Assembly: GCA_020722545.1 (NCBI GenBank)
Contig: DYKQ01000004.1
Span: 833 to 64,832, forward strand
Direction of reading: 5' to 3'
Length of the DNA: 64,000 bases
Source of the DNA: Thiomonas intermedia
GTDB lineage: Bacteria; Pseudomonadota; Gammaproteobacteria; Burkholderiales; Burkholderiaceae_C
Part shown: positions 1-11,186 of the stretch, one piece after another
How positions within the stretch are numbered: the first letter of the stretch is position 1
How the letters are laid out: every line of letters starts with the position of its first letter
Translations under genes and position numbers: made by a program
Notes under the pieces: generated by a model
What the model saw: the letters and a program-made list of their open reading frames with translations, nothing else
Database searches by the model: none
Told to the model about the DNA's origin: nothing

Positions 1-1
1 C

Positions 2-619
2 GGGCACACCCTGCTGCTCGACGTGCAGGCCTTCGGTCAGTACACCCTGCTGGGCGAGACGGTCGATGATGCGGCTGGCGAGGCTTTCGACAAATCGGCG
101 AAATTGCTCGGGCTGGGTTATCCCGGCGGGCCGGAACTGGCCCGGCTCGCAGCCTTCGGCAATCCGGCCGCGTTCGATCTTCCGAGGCCGAAGATGCACA
201 GTCCTGATCTCGACTTTTCGTTCGCCGGACTGAAAACCGCCGTGCTCACGCGGGTGCGCGGCCTGGGCTCGAATCTGTGCGAACAGGCCCGGGCCGATCT
301 GGCCGCAGCCGCGCAGGAGGCGATCACCGATGTGCTGGTGCACAAAACCGCGCGCGCGCAGCAAGCGACGGGAAGAAGGTCGGTGGTCGTCGCGGGTGGC
401 GTGGGCGCGAACCGGCAATTGCGGGAGAAACTGGCCGCGACGCTGTCGGCGCGCGGTGTGGCGTTGTTTTTTCCCGAGTTGGAATGGTGCACCGACAACG
501 GCGCGATGATTGCCCTGGCAGGCGCCCTGCGCTTGCAGGCGCACCCGGAAGCGGCCCGTGCGGCCGGGCCGTTCGATGTGCTGCCGCGCTGGGATCTGAC
601 GCAGATCGGGGCGGCCTAA
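2..619 (+). CDS. tsaD: tRNA N6-threonylcarbamoyladenosine synthesis protein TsaD (5' partial)
   Basis: Motifs [45 protein letters not shown]; frame open from the window edge. Confidence 0.95.
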   Translation, partial: GHTLLLDVQAFGQYTLLGETVDDAAGEAFDKSAKLLGLGYPGGPELARLAAFGNPAAFDLPRPKMHSPDLDFSFAGLKTAVLTRVRGLGSNLCEQARADLAAAAQEAITDVLVHKTARAQQATGRRSVVVAGGVGANRQLREKLAATLSARGVALFFPELEWCTDNGAMIALAGALRLQAHPEAARAAGPFDVLPRWDLTQIGAA

Positions 620-646
620 AAGCCGTTTCAGCTCAGTCGTTTGAGC

Positions 647-1414
647 TTAGATTTCCCACACGCCTTGCGGCTGAAAGTCGCTGTCCTCCCCCTTGCTCGC
701 CAGACCGCGGGCGTTGCACACCACTCGTGAAGCGCCCACCCGGTAGTCGTGCCGACAGTGCAGATGGCCGTGCAGCCACAGCGTGCTGTGCGGAATCAGG
801 TCGTCATAGGCATTGCAGAAACTCGCCGTCGAGGCGTTGACGGGATAGCGTGCGTCGTTGCTGCGCAGGCTGGGCGCGAAATGGGTGATGACCAGAGTGG
901 CATCGTCCGCGTCTGAAAGGTAGGCGGGATGGGTCAGTTGATCGCGCAACCAGTCGCGGCAAAGCAGTCCTTCTTCGCGTAGCTCGGCCACGCCCATGGG
1001 TTTGCCGTGGCGTGTGGCGCATTGCACCTGTTCGGCAAAGTAGCGGGCTGCGCGCATGCAGCGCTCGATGTCCTCGGCGCCGAACAGCTCGAAATCATTC
1101 CACAGCGTGGTGCCCAGCACCCGGATGGTGCGTCCCTGGTGTTCGATTCGAGTCTGCTCGCGATGCAGCATGGTGAAGCCCAGACGGTCGCAGCGCTCGC
1201 GCAACGCGTCCAGGGTTTGATCAAAATCCTTGTGGTCATGCTCGTGGTTGCCGGGCACGTAAATGACCGGTACGGGCCAGTCGCGGAACAGGTCGATCTG
1301 GGTGTGATGGGCGTCGATATCGCCCGCAAGAACCAGCAGATCGGCATCGGGCGCGGGCTGCGGCGCGAAGGTCTCGGTTTCCAGATGCAGATCGGAGAGA
1401 AGTTGAATGCGCAT
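647..1414 (-). CDS. Calcineurin-like metallophosphoesterase
   Basis: SDLH, LAGD, PGNHE, THFAP, HGHLH metal-binding motifs. Confidence 0.85.
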   Translation of the reverse strand: MRIQLLSDLHLETETFAPQPAPDADLLVLAGDIDAHHTQIDLFRDWPVPVIYVPGNHEHDHKDFDQTLDALRERCDRLGFTMLHREQTRIEHQGRTIRVLGTTLWNDFELFGAEDIERCMRAARYFAEQVQCATRHGKPMGVAELREEGLLCRDWLRDQLTHPAYLSDADDATLVITHFAPSLRSNDARYPVNASTASFCNAYDDLIPHSTLWLHGHLHCRHDYRVGASRVVCNARGLASKGEDSDFQPQGVWEI

Positions 1415-1594
1415 AGCGCGGTGATTGGTGCGTTGATGGATTTGTTAACGCACTGTAAACCGGTTCGCGCCATTTGCCTGCGCCGAAGCGCCACGAAAAC
1501 ACGCAGGCTGTGAACAAATCCACAGCCTGCGTGCTGGCGCTGCACGCGCTTGACCGTTGGGAGCGGCGGTGCGCTGCCGTTCCCGACGGGCGAC

Positions 1595-2053
1595 TTATTT
1601 CACCGCAATTTGCTGAATTACGGCTTGTGCTTTGCGCGGCAGCGTGAGGGTGAGCACGCCGTTTTCCAGCTTCGCTTCTGCAGTGGCGGCATCCAGCTCG
1701 GCGGGCAGTTCGAAAGAGCGGTAAAACTGGCTGGCGCTGCGTTCGCGGTAGATCACCTTGCCGCCCTCAGTTTTCTCGTCTTCCTTCTTCGACTCGGCCG
1801 AGATGGTGACGCGCGGGCCATCGATCTGGATTTTGACCGCGTCCTTCTCGATGCCCGGAAGGTCGGCGTGGACGAGATAGCCCTTGTCGGTCTCAGTCAC
1901 ATCCATGCTGAGCTTTTTCAAGGCCTGATCAGGACTGTCGCTCGCGGCGAAAAAGTCGCGGAATGCCTGATCGAACAGCCGACCAAAAAAAGGCTCCAGG
2001 CCGCTGCTATAGAGAGCAGAACGGTTGGATGGGGTAGTAATGGAATAAGCCAT
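1595..2053 (-). CDS. Hsp20/alpha-crystallin small heat shock protein
   Basis: MDVTE..ADLPG, FYRSFELP, AKLENGVLTLTLP; AAGGAG RBS upstream. Confidence 0.93.
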   Translation of the reverse strand: MAYSITTPSNRSALYSSGLEPFFGRLFDQAFRDFFAASDSPDQALKKLSMDVTETDKGYLVHADLPGIEKDAVKIQIDGPRVTISAESKKEDEKTEGGKVIYRERSASQFYRSFELPAELDAATAEAKLENGVLTLTLPRKAQAVIQQIAVK

Positions 2054-2099
2054 GAGGATTCTCCTTGAGAAATAGGGGATCGAAGCCCCGATAACCAGA

Positions 2100-2127
2100 A
2101 TATGCCGCCAGTGTGACAGTTTTCAAG
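2100..2127 (-). promoter_or_regulatory. Putative sigma32 (RpoH) promoter of hsp20
   Basis: Minus strand CTTGAAA-N13-CGGCATAT, close to the RpoH consensus CTTGAA-N13/14-CCCCATNT, upstream of a heat-shock gene. Confidence 0.65.
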
Positions 2128-2343
2128 TCCCCGAAAGCGCGCCCCCTGACCTGCCGCATTCGAGCCCCCCGGGGAGGACTTGGGGCGGGCCTGTGTTTCC
2201 TTGAGTACTTCGAAGTTGCGGGTCAGGCTGTGCGTCGATTCAAGTCGCGGCGATTTCAGTTCAGGCTAGAATCACCATCTTTTCACTTTCACGGCGCGGG
2301 ATGGTTTCTCCTGCGTTCGCGTGTTCTCTACAAGGAAACTGAC

Positions 2344-2613
2344 ATGTCTGTTGCAGAAATCAACAAGGCGCAAATCGTCGCCGACAATGCCCGCGGTACG
2401 GGCGATACCGGCTCTCCGGAAGTGCAGGTCGCTTTGCTGACCGCGCGCATCAATCATCTGACCGATCACTTCAAGACGCACGCCAAGGACCATCATGGTC
2501 GTCGTGGCCTGCTCAAGATGGTGAGCCGCCGTCGCAAGTTGCTCGACTACCTGAAAGACAAGGACGCTGATCGTTATCGCACCCTGATCGCCAAGCTCAG
2601 TCTGCGTAAGTAA
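2344..2613 (+). CDS. rpsO: 30S ribosomal protein S15
   Basis: [26 protein letters not shown]; ATG at 2344 after AAGGA RBS; 89 aa. Confidence 0.98.
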   Translation: MSVAEINKAQIVADNARGTGDTGSPEVQVALLTARINHLTDHFKTHAKDHHGRRGLLKMVSRRRKLLDYLKDKDADRYRTLIAKLSLRK

Positions 2614-2629
2614 GTTCCTGCTTTGCAAG

Positions 2630-2665
2630 AACGCCTGTGTGAGTTTGTCGGCACAGGCGTTTTTG
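2630..2665 (+). terminator. Intrinsic terminator after rpsO
   Basis: AACGCCTGTG...CACAGGCGTT stem followed by a T-tract. Confidence 0.8.
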
Positions 2666-2747
2666 TATGGGCGTTGTGGTTTGCAAGGTTTGAAGCGTCG
2701 CGCCTCTGATGGGGTGCGGCGTGGGTTTCAAGGGGGCGGTGTGACCC

Positions 2748-2796
2748 GTGTCATTCCACCGACGCGCCGGATAGCCGGGCGTCGCTGGAATGGCAT
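2748..2796 (+). promoter_or_regulatory. Long stem-loop in the pnp leader (possible RNase III/autoregulation site)
   Basis: GTGTCATTCCA-CCGACGCGCCGG-ATAG-CCGGGCGTCGC-TGGAATGGCAT imperfect hairpin; function inferred by analogy with the E. coli pnp leader. Confidence 0.5.
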
Positions 2797-2887
2797 CACT
2801 CCGCCAGGTTTTTAACGGGCGCTGCTCGTGGCGATGTTCAACCCTCGGGACGAAGATCGCAGTTGCGCCTTGATCAAGGAGTTAGCC

Positions 2888-5047
2888 ATGTTCAACAAAG
2901 TCGTCAAAACCTTCCAGTGGGGACGCCATCGGGTCACGATGGAAACGGGCGAAATCGCCCGCCAGGCCAGTGGCGCCGTGCTGCTCAATATGGACGATAC
3001 CGTGGTGCTCGCCACGGTGGTGGGCGCGCGTACGGCCAAGGCGGGGCAGGACTTTTTTCCCCTGACCGTCGATTACATCGAGAAGACCTATGCGGCGGGT
3101 CGCATTCCCGGTGGTTTTTTCAAGCGGGAAGGCCGCCCCAGCGAGAACGAAACGCTGACCTCGCGGCTGATCGACCGCCCCATCCGTCCGCTGTTTCCCG
3201 AAGGCTTTTTCAACGAAGTCCAGGTGGTCGTCCATGTGCTGTCGATCAATCCCGACGTCGATGCCGACATTCCCGCTCTGTTGGCCTCCAGCGCCGCGCT
3301 TGCCGTCTCCGGCCTGCCATTCAACGGCCCGGTGGGCGCAGCGCGCGTCGGCTACATCAACGGGGAATTCGTGCTGAACCCCAGCCGAACCGAACTGGCC
3401 GATTCGCGCCTCGATCTGGTCGTTGCCGGCACCGAAGCCGCCGTGCTCATGGTCGAGAGCGAGGCGGATCAACTCTCCGAAGACGTGATGCTCGAGGCCG
3501 TGATGTTCGGCCACCAGCAGTTCCAGGCGGCGATCGATGCCATCCACGACCTCGTGCGCGACGGCGGCAAGCCGGCGTGGGACTGGACTGCCCCGGAAAA
3601 GGATCAGGCGCTGATCGACCGAATTCAGGCGCTGGCTGGCGAGCGCTTGCACTCCGCCTACAGGATCACCCAGAAACAGGCGCGCACCCAAGCGTTGCGC
3701 GAGACTTACGCCGCCGTGCAGGCCGCACTCGCAGCCGATGGCATGCAGGTGGATGGTCCCAAGGTCGACGGCATTCTGTTCGACATGGAGGCGCGCATCG
3801 TGCGCGACCAGATTCTTGCCGGCGAGCCGCGCATCGACGGTCGCGATACCCGCACCGTGCGTCCCATCAGCATCCGCACCTCGGTGCTGCCGCGCACCCA
3901 TGGCAGCGCGCTGTTCACCCGTGGCGAAACCCAGGCGCTGGCCGTGGCCACGCTGGGCACCGACCAGGATGCGCAGATCATCGACGCGCTGGGCGGCGAA
4001 TACCGTGACCGCTTCCTGCTGCACTACAACATGCCGCCTTTCGCCACCGGAGAGACCGGCCGCGTGGGCTCGCCCAAGCGCCGCGAAATCGGTCACGGCC
4101 GCCTGGCCAAGCGTGCGCTGCTCGCCGTGCTGCCGAAGAAGGAAGACTTCGCCTACACCATGCGTGTGGTGTCGGAAGTCACCGAGTCGAACGGCTCGTC
4201 GTCCATGGCCTCGGTGTGCGGCGGCTGCCTGGCGCTGCTCGACGCCGGTGTGCCGCTCAAGGCGCACGTGGCCGGCATCGCCATGGGCCTGATCAAGGAA
4301 GGCAACCGTTTTGCGGTGCTGACCGACATTCTGGGCGATGAGGATCACCTCGGCGACATGGACTTCAAGGTGGCCGGAAGCGCGACCGGCGTGACCGCGC
4401 TGCAGATGGACATCAAGATCCAGGGCATCACCCGCGAAATCATGCAGGTGGCGCTGGCGCAGGCGCGTGAGGCGCGCATGCACATCCTGGGCATCATGCA
4501 GAAGGAGGTGAGCGGCGCGCGTGAAGAGGTATCGCAGTTCGCGCCGCGTCTGTACACCGTCAAGATCAACCCCGAGCGCATCCGCGACGTGATCGGCAAG
4601 GGCGGCGCCACCATCCGTGCCCTGACCGAAGAGACCGGCACCCAGATCGACATCGCCGAAGATGGCACCATCACCATCGCCTCGACCGACGCCGACAAGG
4701 CCGCAGAGGCCAAGCGTCGCATCATCGACCTGACCGCCGAAGTGGAAGTGGGGCAGGTGTATGACGGTACCGTGGTGAAGATTCTCGACTTTGGCGCGTT
4801 GGTGAATGTGCTGCCGGGCAAAGACGGTCTGCTGCACATTTCACAAATCGCCAACGAGCGCATCAACAAGGTGAGCGATTTCCTGCAGGAAGGCCAGAAG
4901 GTTCGCGTCAAGGTCATCGAAACCGATGACAAGGGCCGCTTCCGTCTGTCGATCAAGGCACTGCTCGGCGAAGAATCGACCGCGGCTCCTGCGCAGCCGG
5001 TCGTGGCGCCTGCTGCCGCCGATGCCGACCTTGAGCCGGGCGTCTGA
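2888..5047 (+). CDS. pnp: Polyribonucleotide nucleotidyltransferase (PNPase)
   Basis: [35 protein letters not shown] and S1 domains; start at 2888 chosen from the AAGGAG RBS. Confidence 0.98.
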   Translation: MFNKVVKTFQWGRHRVTMETGEIARQASGAVLLNMDDTVVLATVVGARTAKAGQDFFPLTVDYIEKTYAAGRIPGGFFKREGRPSENETLTSRLIDRPIRPLFPEGFFNEVQVVVHVLSINPDVDADIPALLASSAALAVSGLPFNGPVGAARVGYINGEFVLNPSRTELADSRLDLVVAGTEAAVLMVESEADQLSEDVMLEAVMFGHQQFQAAIDAIHDLVRDGGKPAWDWTAPEKDQALIDRIQALAGERLHSAYRITQKQARTQALRETYAAVQAALAADGMQVDGPKVDGILFDMEARIVRDQILAGEPRIDGRDTRTVRPISIRTSVLPRTHGSALFTRGETQALAVATLGTDQDAQIIDALGGEYRDRFLLHYNMPPFATGETGRVGSPKRREIGHGRLAKRALLAVLPKKEDFAYTMRVVSEVTESNGSSSMASVCGGCLALLDAGVPLKAHVAGIAMGLIKEGNRFAVLTDILGDEDHLGDMDFKVAGSATGVTALQMDIKIQGITREIMQVALAQAREARMHILGIMQKEVSGAREEVSQFAPRLYTVKINPERIRDVIGKGGATIRALTEETGTQIDIAEDGTITIASTDADKAAEAKRRIIDLTAEVEVGQVYDGTVVKILDFGALVNVLPGKDGLLHISQIANERINKVSDFLQEGQKVRVKVIETDDKGRFRLSIKALLGEESTAAPAQPVVAPAAADADLEPGV

Positions 5048-5061
5048 TCGCTACGGGTTTC

Positions 5062-6042
5062 ATGCGCGCCATCGAAATCTCCCAGCCCGGCGGACCTGAA
5101 GTCCTGCGTCTTTGCGAGCGGCCCATGCCGCAAGCCGGCGCGGGAGAGGTGTTGCTGCGCGTGCGGGCGTTCGGCGTCAACCGGCCCGATGCCTTGCAGC
5201 GGCGCGGTCTGTACCCGCCGCCTGCGGGTGCGTCCGATCTTCCGGGGCTGGAAGTCTGCGGTGAAATCGTCTCGGGCGATCTGGCGGGAACCGATTTGCA
5301 CCAGGGCGATCTCGTCTGCGCGCTCGTCGCCGGGGGGGGCTACGCCGAATATTGCGTGGCGCCTACCGGCCAGTGCCTGCCCTTGCCGGGCGGGCTGAGT
5401 GCGGAGGAGGGCGCTGCTCTGCCGGAAACCGCGTTCACCGTCTGGCACAACGTGTTCGAGCGTGGGCGCTTGCAAGCTGGTGAGATGCTGCTGGTGCAGG
5501 GGGGGAGCAGCGGCATCGGCACGATGGCCATTCAATTGGCTGCGGCCAGCGGCGCACGCGTCATCGCCACGGCTGGCTCTGACGAAAAATGTGCCGCCTG
5601 CCTCCAACTCGGCGCCGAACTGGCCATCAACTATCGCACGCAGGATTTTGTCGAGGCCGTACAGTCGCACACCGCAGAGCGTGGCGCCGACGTCATTCTG
5701 GACATGGTGGCGGGCAGCTATCTCCCCCGTGAGCAGCGTTGCCTCGCTGAAGAGGGACGGCTCGTGGTCATCGCCGTGCAGGGGGGCGTGAAGGCTGAAA
5801 TCGATGCCGGTCTGCTGATGCGCAGGCGTCAGACCCTTACCGGATCGACTTTGCGCGCGCGCAGCGTGGCCTTCAAGAGCGCCGTTGCGCAGGCCTTGCA
5901 AAAAACGGTTTGGCCCTGGATCGAGCAAGGTCGTGTGCGCCCAGTGATCGACGCCGTATTCCCCGCCGAGGACATCGTGCAGGCGCACCAGCGCATGGAG
6001 CAGGGGCAACACATTGGCAAACTCGTGCTGCGCTGGTCTTGA
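5062..6042 (+). CDS. NAD(P)H-quinone oxidoreductase, PIG3/zeta-crystallin family
   Basis: GVNRPD, YPPPAGASDLPGLE, GGSSGIG, HIGKLVL. Confidence 0.9.
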   Translation: MRAIEISQPGGPEVLRLCERPMPQAGAGEVLLRVRAFGVNRPDALQRRGLYPPPAGASDLPGLEVCGEIVSGDLAGTDLHQGDLVCALVAGGGYAEYCVAPTGQCLPLPGGLSAEEGAALPETAFTVWHNVFERGRLQAGEMLLVQGGSSGIGTMAIQLAAASGARVIATAGSDEKCAACLQLGAELAINYRTQDFVEAVQSHTAERGADVILDMVAGSYLPREQRCLAEEGRLVVIAVQGGVKAEIDAGLLMRRRQTLTGSTLRARSVAFKSAVAQALQKTVWPWIEQGRVRPVIDAVFPAEDIVQAHQRMEQGQHIGKLVLRWS

Positions 6043-6080
6043 ACCGCGCGCTACAAAACGACATCAGACAGGAGTAAAGC

Positions 6081-6830
6081 ATGCGTCAGCAATTCGTCGC
6101 AGGAAACTGGAAAATGCATGGCAGTCTGGCGAGCAATGCCGCACTGCTGGCCGAGGTTCTTGCCGGCGTAGGAACCGCGCGTTGTGAAGTGGCGATCTGC
6201 GTGCCCTATCCCTATCTCTCTCAAGTGCAACAACTGCTGCAGACCAGCCAGGTTGCGCTCGGGGCGCAGGATTGCTCGGTGCATCAAAGTGGCGCACATA
6301 CGGGCGAAGTGTCCGTGAGCATGCTGCAGGATTTTGGCTGCCGCTATGTCATCGTCGGCCACTCCGAGCGCCGTGTTGATCATCATGAATCCGATGTGCT
6401 TGTCGCGGCCAAGGCCGAGCGTGCGCTCGAAGCGGGCATGACGCCCATCGTCTGCGTAGGAGAAACACTGGCTGAGCGTGAGTCGGGGCTGACCCGCTCC
6501 GTGGTGCTGCGTCAGTTGCTGGCGGTCACCCATCTTCTGCGAGAGCAGACATCGCGCATCGTCGTGGCTTACGAACCCGTCTGGGCGATCGGCACAGGCC
6601 TCACGGCGACCCCGGAGCAGGCGCAAGAAGTGCACGCTGTGCTGCGGGAGCATCTGCGCACGGTGAGCGAAGCCGCCGCGGGTGTGCGGATTCTGTACGG
6701 CGGCAGCGTGAAGCCCGACAATGCGGCGGTGCTGTTTTCGCAGGCCGACATCGATGGCGGCCTTATCGGCGGGGCGTCGCTCAAGGCGGCCGATTTTCTG
6801 GCGATCACCGCGGCAGCGCGCCAAGACTGA
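6081..6830 (+). CDS. tpiA: Triosephosphate isomerase
   Basis: [29 protein letters not shown]. Confidence 0.98.
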   Translation: MRQQFVAGNWKMHGSLASNAALLAEVLAGVGTARCEVAICVPYPYLSQVQQLLQTSQVALGAQDCSVHQSGAHTGEVSVSMLQDFGCRYVIVGHSERRVDHHESDVLVAAKAERALEAGMTPIVCVGETLAERESGLTRSVVLRQLLAVTHLLREQTSRIVVAYEPVWAIGTGLTATPEQAQEVHAVLREHLRTVSEAAAGVRILYGGSVKPDNAAVLFSQADIDGGLIGGASLKAADFLAITAAARQD

Positions 6831-6901
6831 TTGATCCGCAGGTTCCGCCCTGCTTTATGAAGTGAAGTTGTAAATCGCGCCTGGCGCGGATGAGTGCACA
6901 A

Positions 6902-7327
6902 ATGCAAATTCTTTTGACCTTGACTCTGGTGGTGCAGATCCTGTCTGCGCTGGTGATGATCGTTCTGGTGTTGATGCAGCACGGCAAAGGGGCCGACATG
7001 GGCGCCTCTTTCGGCTCTGGCGCGTCGGGCAGCCTGTTCGGGGCAACCGGTTCGGCGAATTTTTTGAGCCGAAGCACAGCGGTTGCCGCCACGCTGTTTT
7101 TCGCCACTACGCTGATGATGGCCTATTTCGGCAACCGCGCCAATTCCGGCGATGGCGGACTGATGGAAAAACTCGCTGCGCCCGCGCCGGTGGCCTCGGT
7201 TGCGGCGCCCGCCAAACCCGCGGGTCCGATCAGCGAAATTCCTGGAGTGCCGGGTGCGGTGAGCAAGGCTTCGCAAGCCATCGCGCAGCCCAAAACAGCC
7301 GCGTCTGCGGCGTCCGCGAGTCGGTAA
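6902..7327 (+). CDS. secG: Preprotein translocase subunit SecG with Ala/Pro-rich tail
   Basis: LMQHGKGADMGASFGSG, NFLSRST; tpiA-secG-tRNA-Leu synteny; start could be 6890. Confidence 0.93.
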   Translation: MQILLTLTLVVQILSALVMIVLVLMQHGKGADMGASFGSGASGSLFGATGSANFLSRSTAVAATLFFATTLMMAYFGNRANSGDGGLMEKLAAPAPVASVAAPAKPAGPISEIPGVPGAVSKASQAIAQPKTAASAASASR

Positions 7328-7690
7328 ATTCGCGTGTCGTGCGCCATCGGCGATCAACGATGGTGCATTGCAGCAAACACAGGCTCTGCGACTTGTCAAT
7401 CTGATCTGTAGTTGAGCATTGCGTTAGAGCAATATCCGACTGTTGCGTGTTGCTTCGTTGCATTGGAAGCATGTAAGATTCTTCTGTTTTGCAAATCCGG
7501 CAACAAACAAGATGCGGGGTGGTAAGTTAAGCGCGCCTTATGAAGCGCTTTACGCTGCCGCGCTGAAGATAGGCCGCACAACGGCGATGATCCTCGTGAT
7601 CGCCGTGGACTGTCTCTAAAGAGTTTGTTGCGCTGGGCCACTTTCGCCGTGCAGGTCAAGCGGTGGTATTCGGGTGGTATCCGGTTTTGA

Positions 7691-7775
7691 GCCGACGTGG
7701 TGGAATTGGTAGACACGCTATCTTGAGGGGGTAGTGGCGAAAGCTGTGCGAGTTCGAGTCTCGCCGTCGGCACCA
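7691..7775 (+). tRNA. tRNA-Leu (anticodon GAG)
   Basis: GCCGACG/CGTCGGC acceptor stem plus ACCA, D-loop GGAATTGGTAGAC, anticodon loop TT-GAG-GG, long variable arm, TTCGAG T-loop; 85 nt. Confidence 0.97.
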
Positions 7776-7832
7776 AAAGATTGAAGGGCAGGGTTTCAAC
7801 CCGAGCCACATAACAACAGGAGATGGAGTGCG

Positions 7833-8192
7833 ATGAACCTTGAGCAGTATCTGCCGGTGTTGTTGTTCATCCTGGTGGGCATTGGCGTGGGCGTGGCGCC
7901 CCAACTGCTCGGTTACCTGATCGCTCCGCGTCACCCCGACGCCGAGAAAAACTCCCCCTATGAGTGCGGCTTCGAAGCGTTCGAAGACGCGCGGATGAAG
8001 TTCGATGTGCGCTACTACCTCGTCGCCATCCTGTTCATCCTGTTCGACCTCGAAATCGCCTTCCTGTTTCCCTGGGCCGTCGCCCTGAAAGACATTGGCC
8101 AGATTGGTTTCTGGGCGATGATGATTTTTCTCGCCATCCTCACGATAGGCTTCATTTACGAATGGAAAAAGGGAGCGCTCGATTGGGAATGA
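7833..8192 (+). CDS. nuoA: NADH-quinone oxidoreductase subunit A
   Basis: [24 protein letters not shown]. Confidence 0.97.
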   Translation: MNLEQYLPVLLFILVGIGVGVAPQLLGYLIAPRHPDAEKNSPYECGFEAFEDARMKFDVRYYLVAILFILFDLEIAFLFPWAVALKDIGQIGFWAMMIFLAILTIGFIYEWKKGALDWE

Positions 8193-8264
8193 GTCCCTGC
8201 CGCCTGGACTCGTGGTCGGGCTTGCCCTGCAGCGCTGATCTGAATCGATGAGGAGTAAAGCATC

Positions 8265-8741
8265 ATGAGCATTGAAGGCGTTCTGCAGGAAGGTTTCATC
8301 ACGACGTCCGCAGACAAGCTGATCAACTGGACGCGCACCGGCTCGCTCTGGCCCATGACCTTCGGTCTGGCCTGCTGCGCGGTGGAAATGATGCATGCGG
8401 GTGCTGCCCGTTATGACCTTGACCGCTTTGGCATCGTGTTTCGTCCCAGTCCGCGTCAGTCCGACCTGATGATCGTGGCCGGCACGCTCTGCAACAAAAT
8501 GGCTCCCGCATTGCGCAAGGTCTACGACCAGATGGCCGAACCGCGCTGGGTGCTCTCCATGGGTTCATGCGCCAACGGCGGCGGCTATTACCACTACTCC
8601 TACTCGGTGGTGCGCGGGTGTGACCGCATCGTGCCGGTGGATGTGTATGTGCCGGGCTGCCCGCCGACAGCCGAAGCGCTGCTTTACGGCCTGATCCAGC
8701 TGCAGAACAAGATCCGCAGAACCGAAACGATCGCGCGCTGA
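8265..8741 (+). CDS. nuoB: NADH-quinone oxidoreductase subunit B
   Basis: [24 protein letters not shown]. Confidence 0.98.
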   Translation: MSIEGVLQEGFITTSADKLINWTRTGSLWPMTFGLACCAVEMMHAGAARYDLDRFGIVFRPSPRQSDLMIVAGTLCNKMAPALRKVYDQMAEPRWVLSMGSCANGGGYYHYSYSVVRGCDRIVPVDVYVPGCPPTAEALLYGLIQLQNKIRRTETIAR

Positions 8742-8786
8742 ACTGCCTTCAAAATCGCGCCCTCATCCACTTCGCAAATCGATGCC

Positions 8787-9392
8787 ATGACCAGCAAGCT
8801 CGAACAACTCGACACCGCGCTGCGCGCCGCATTGGGCGAGCGCATTGTGGACTTGCAGGCCAGCGTGGGCGAACTCACGCTGGACGTCGCGCCTGCGCAC
8901 TATCGCGATGCGTGTCTGGTTCTGCGTGACGCCGCGGAACTGCACTTCGAGCAACTGATCGACCTTTGCGGCGTCGATTACGCGCAATACGGCAATGCCG
9001 TGCGCGACGAAGCCGGCCGCTTCATGGTGGTCGTGCACCTGCTTTCGCTGCAGCACAACTGGCGGCTGCGTGTGCGGGTGCGCTGTGCCGACGATGATCT
9101 GCCGCTGGCAGCCTCGATCAACGACATCTGGAACTCGGCCAACTGGTTCGAGCGCGAGGCCTTCGATCTCTACGGCATCATTTTTGAAGGCCACCCGGAT
9201 TTGCGCCGCATCCTCACCGATTACGGCTTCATCGGCCATCCCTTCCGCAAGGATTTCCCGCTTTCCGGCACGGTGGAAATGCGCTACGACCCCGACAGCA
9301 AGCGCGTGATCTACCAGCCTGTCACCATAGAACCCCGCGAGATCACGCCGCGTGTCATCCGCGAGACGGGCTATGGGGGTCTGGGGCACTGA
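8787..9392 (+). CDS. nuoC: NADH-quinone oxidoreductase subunit C
   Basis: [32 protein letters not shown]. Confidence 0.97.
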   Translation: MTSKLEQLDTALRAALGERIVDLQASVGELTLDVAPAHYRDACLVLRDAAELHFEQLIDLCGVDYAQYGNAVRDEAGRFMVVVHLLSLQHNWRLRVRVRCADDDLPLAASINDIWNSANWFEREAFDLYGIIFEGHPDLRRILTDYGFIGHPFRKDFPLSGTVEMRYDPDSKRVIYQPVTIEPREITPRVIRETGYGGLGH

Positions 9393-9393
9393 T

Positions 9394-10647
9394 ATGGCTG
9401 ACATCAAAAACTACACCCTCAACTTCGGCCCGCAGCATCCCGCTGCGCACGGCGTGCTGCGTCTGGTGCTCGAACTCGACGGCGAGGTGGTGCAGCGGGC
9501 CGACCCGCACATTGGCCTGTTGCACCGGGCTACCGAAAAATTGGCGGAGCACAAGACCTACATCCAGGCGCTGCCGTACATGGACCGTCTGGACTATGTG
9601 TCCATGATGTGCAACGAGCATGCCTATTGCCTGGCGATCGAAAAGCTGCTGGGCATCGAGGTGCCGCTGCGCGGGCAATACATCCGCGTCATGTTTGCCG
9701 AGATCACCCGCCTGCTCAACCATCTCATGTGGTTGGGCGCGCATGGGCTGGATTGCGGCGCGATGACCGTCTTCCTCTACGCCTTCCGCGAGCGCGAAGA
9801 TTTGTTTGATATGTACGAGGCAGTGTCGGGTGCGCGGATGCATGCGGCCTATTTCCGCCCGGGCGGCGTTTACCGTGACCTGCCCGACAGCATGGCGCAG
9901 TACGGTGAGTCGAAGATTCGCAATGCTCGCGCCGTCGAGGCGCGCAACGCCGGGCGCCAGGGCTCGCTGCTCGATTTCATCGACGATTTCACCCAGCGTT
10001 TCCCGGCCTATGTCGATGAATACGAAACCCTGCTGACCGACAACCGCATCTGGAAGCAGCGCACGGTGGGAATCGGCGTGGTCACGCCCGAGCGGGCGAT
10101 GAATCTGGGGATGACCGGCCCGATGCTGCGCGGCTCCGGGGTGGTGTGGGACCTGCGCAAGACCCAGCCCTACGAGGTCTATGACCGCCTGGATTTCGAC
10201 ATTCCGGTCGGCAAGAACGGCGACTGCTACGACCGCTATCTGGTCCGCGTGGAAGAGATGCGCCAGTCCAACCGCATCATCAAGCAATGCGTGGACTGGC
10301 TGCGCGCGAATCCCGGCCCGGTGATCACCGACAACCACAAGGTGGCGCCGCCGCCGCGGGAAGAGATGAAGACCAGCATGGAAGCGCTGATCCATCATTT
10401 CAAGCTGTTCAGCGAAGGCATGCGCGTGCCCGAAGGTCAGGCCTACGCCGCTGTCGAGCACCCCAAGGGCGAGTTCGGCATCTACCTCGTGTCGGATGGG
10501 GCGAACAAGCCCTACCGCCTCAAGATCCGCGCGCCCGGCTTCGCCCATCTGGCCGCGCTTGATGAAATGTCGCGCGGCCACATGATCGCCGACGTCGTGG
10601 CCATCATCGGCACGCTCGATATTGTTTTCGGGGAGATCGACCGCTGA
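9394..10647 (+). CDS. nuoD: NADH-quinone oxidoreductase subunit D
   Basis: [16 protein letters not shown]-terminal VFGEIDR. Confidence 0.98.
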   Translation: MADIKNYTLNFGPQHPAAHGVLRLVLELDGEVVQRADPHIGLLHRATEKLAEHKTYIQALPYMDRLDYVSMMCNEHAYCLAIEKLLGIEVPLRGQYIRVMFAEITRLLNHLMWLGAHGLDCGAMTVFLYAFREREDLFDMYEAVSGARMHAAYFRPGGVYRDLPDSMAQYGESKIRNARAVEARNAGRQGSLLDFIDDFTQRFPAYVDEYETLLTDNRIWKQRTVGIGVVTPERAMNLGMTGPMLRGSGVVWDLRKTQPYEVYDRLDFDIPVGKNGDCYDRYLVRVEEMRQSNRIIKQCVDWLRANPGPVITDNHKVAPPPREEMKTSMEALIHHFKLFSEGMRVPEGQAYAAVEHPKGEFGIYLVSDGANKPYRLKIRAPGFAHLAALDEMSRGHMIADVVAIIGTLDIVFGEIDR

Positions 10648-11186
10648 TGGACCGCTCGCCTGTCACTTGTGAAATGCAACGCATGATGTTGTCCGAATCC
10701 ACCCGACAGCGTATCGACCTGGAAGTGGCCAAATATCCGCCCGAGCAGAAGCAGTCGGCGGTCATCGCGGCGCTGTCCATCGTGCAGCAGGAGCAGGGCT
10801 GGGTGTCGCCCGAGGCCGAGAAGGCGGTGGCCGACTATCTTGGCATGCCGCCTATCGCCGTCCATGAGGTCGCCACTTTCTACAACATGTTCAACACCCG
10901 GCCAGTCGGCCGCTTCAAGCTCAACGTCTGCACCAATCTGCCTTGCGCCCTGAGCGGCGGCGAAGCGGCGGCTCAGTATCTGAGCGAAAAACTGGGCGTG
11001 GCGCTGGGCGAAACCACGCCCGACGGGGTTTTCACCCTGCAAGAGTGCGAATGTCTGGGCGCCTGCGGCGACGCGCCGGCCATGCTGGTCAATGATCGCC
11101 GGTTATGCAGCTTCATGCGCCCCGAGCGGCTGGATGCGCTGGTGGAAGAACTGCGCGCAGAGGCGGCCAAGGGAGAGTCGAAATGA
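10647..11186 (+). CDS. nuoE: NADH-quinone oxidoreductase subunit E
   Basis: [18 protein letters not shown] 2Fe-2S ligands; true start may be 10683 or 10686. Confidence 0.95.
   Translation: MDRSPVTCEMQRMMLSESTRQRIDLEVAKYPPEQKQSAVIAALSIVQQEQGWVSPEAEKAVADYLGMPPIAVHEVATFYNMFNTRPVGRFKLNVCTNLPCALSGGEAAAQYLSEKLGVALGETTPDGVFTLQECECLGACGDAPAMLVNDRRLCSFMRPERLDALVEELRAEAAKGESK

Noticed and set aside
2831-2896. GCGATGTTCAAC / GCCATGTTCAAC repeat giving two in-frame AMFN starts for pnp
   Set aside because: An 11/12 match could be chance; only the second start has a Shine-Dalgarno
7691-7832. tRNA-Leu as a genomic island integration site
   Set aside because: nuoA follows within 60 bp; no integrase and no duplicated tRNA 3' end seen
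6071-8263. Identical AGGAGTAAAGCAT upstream of tpiA and nuoB
   Set aside because: Explained by a shared Shine-Dalgarno and A-rich spacer preference
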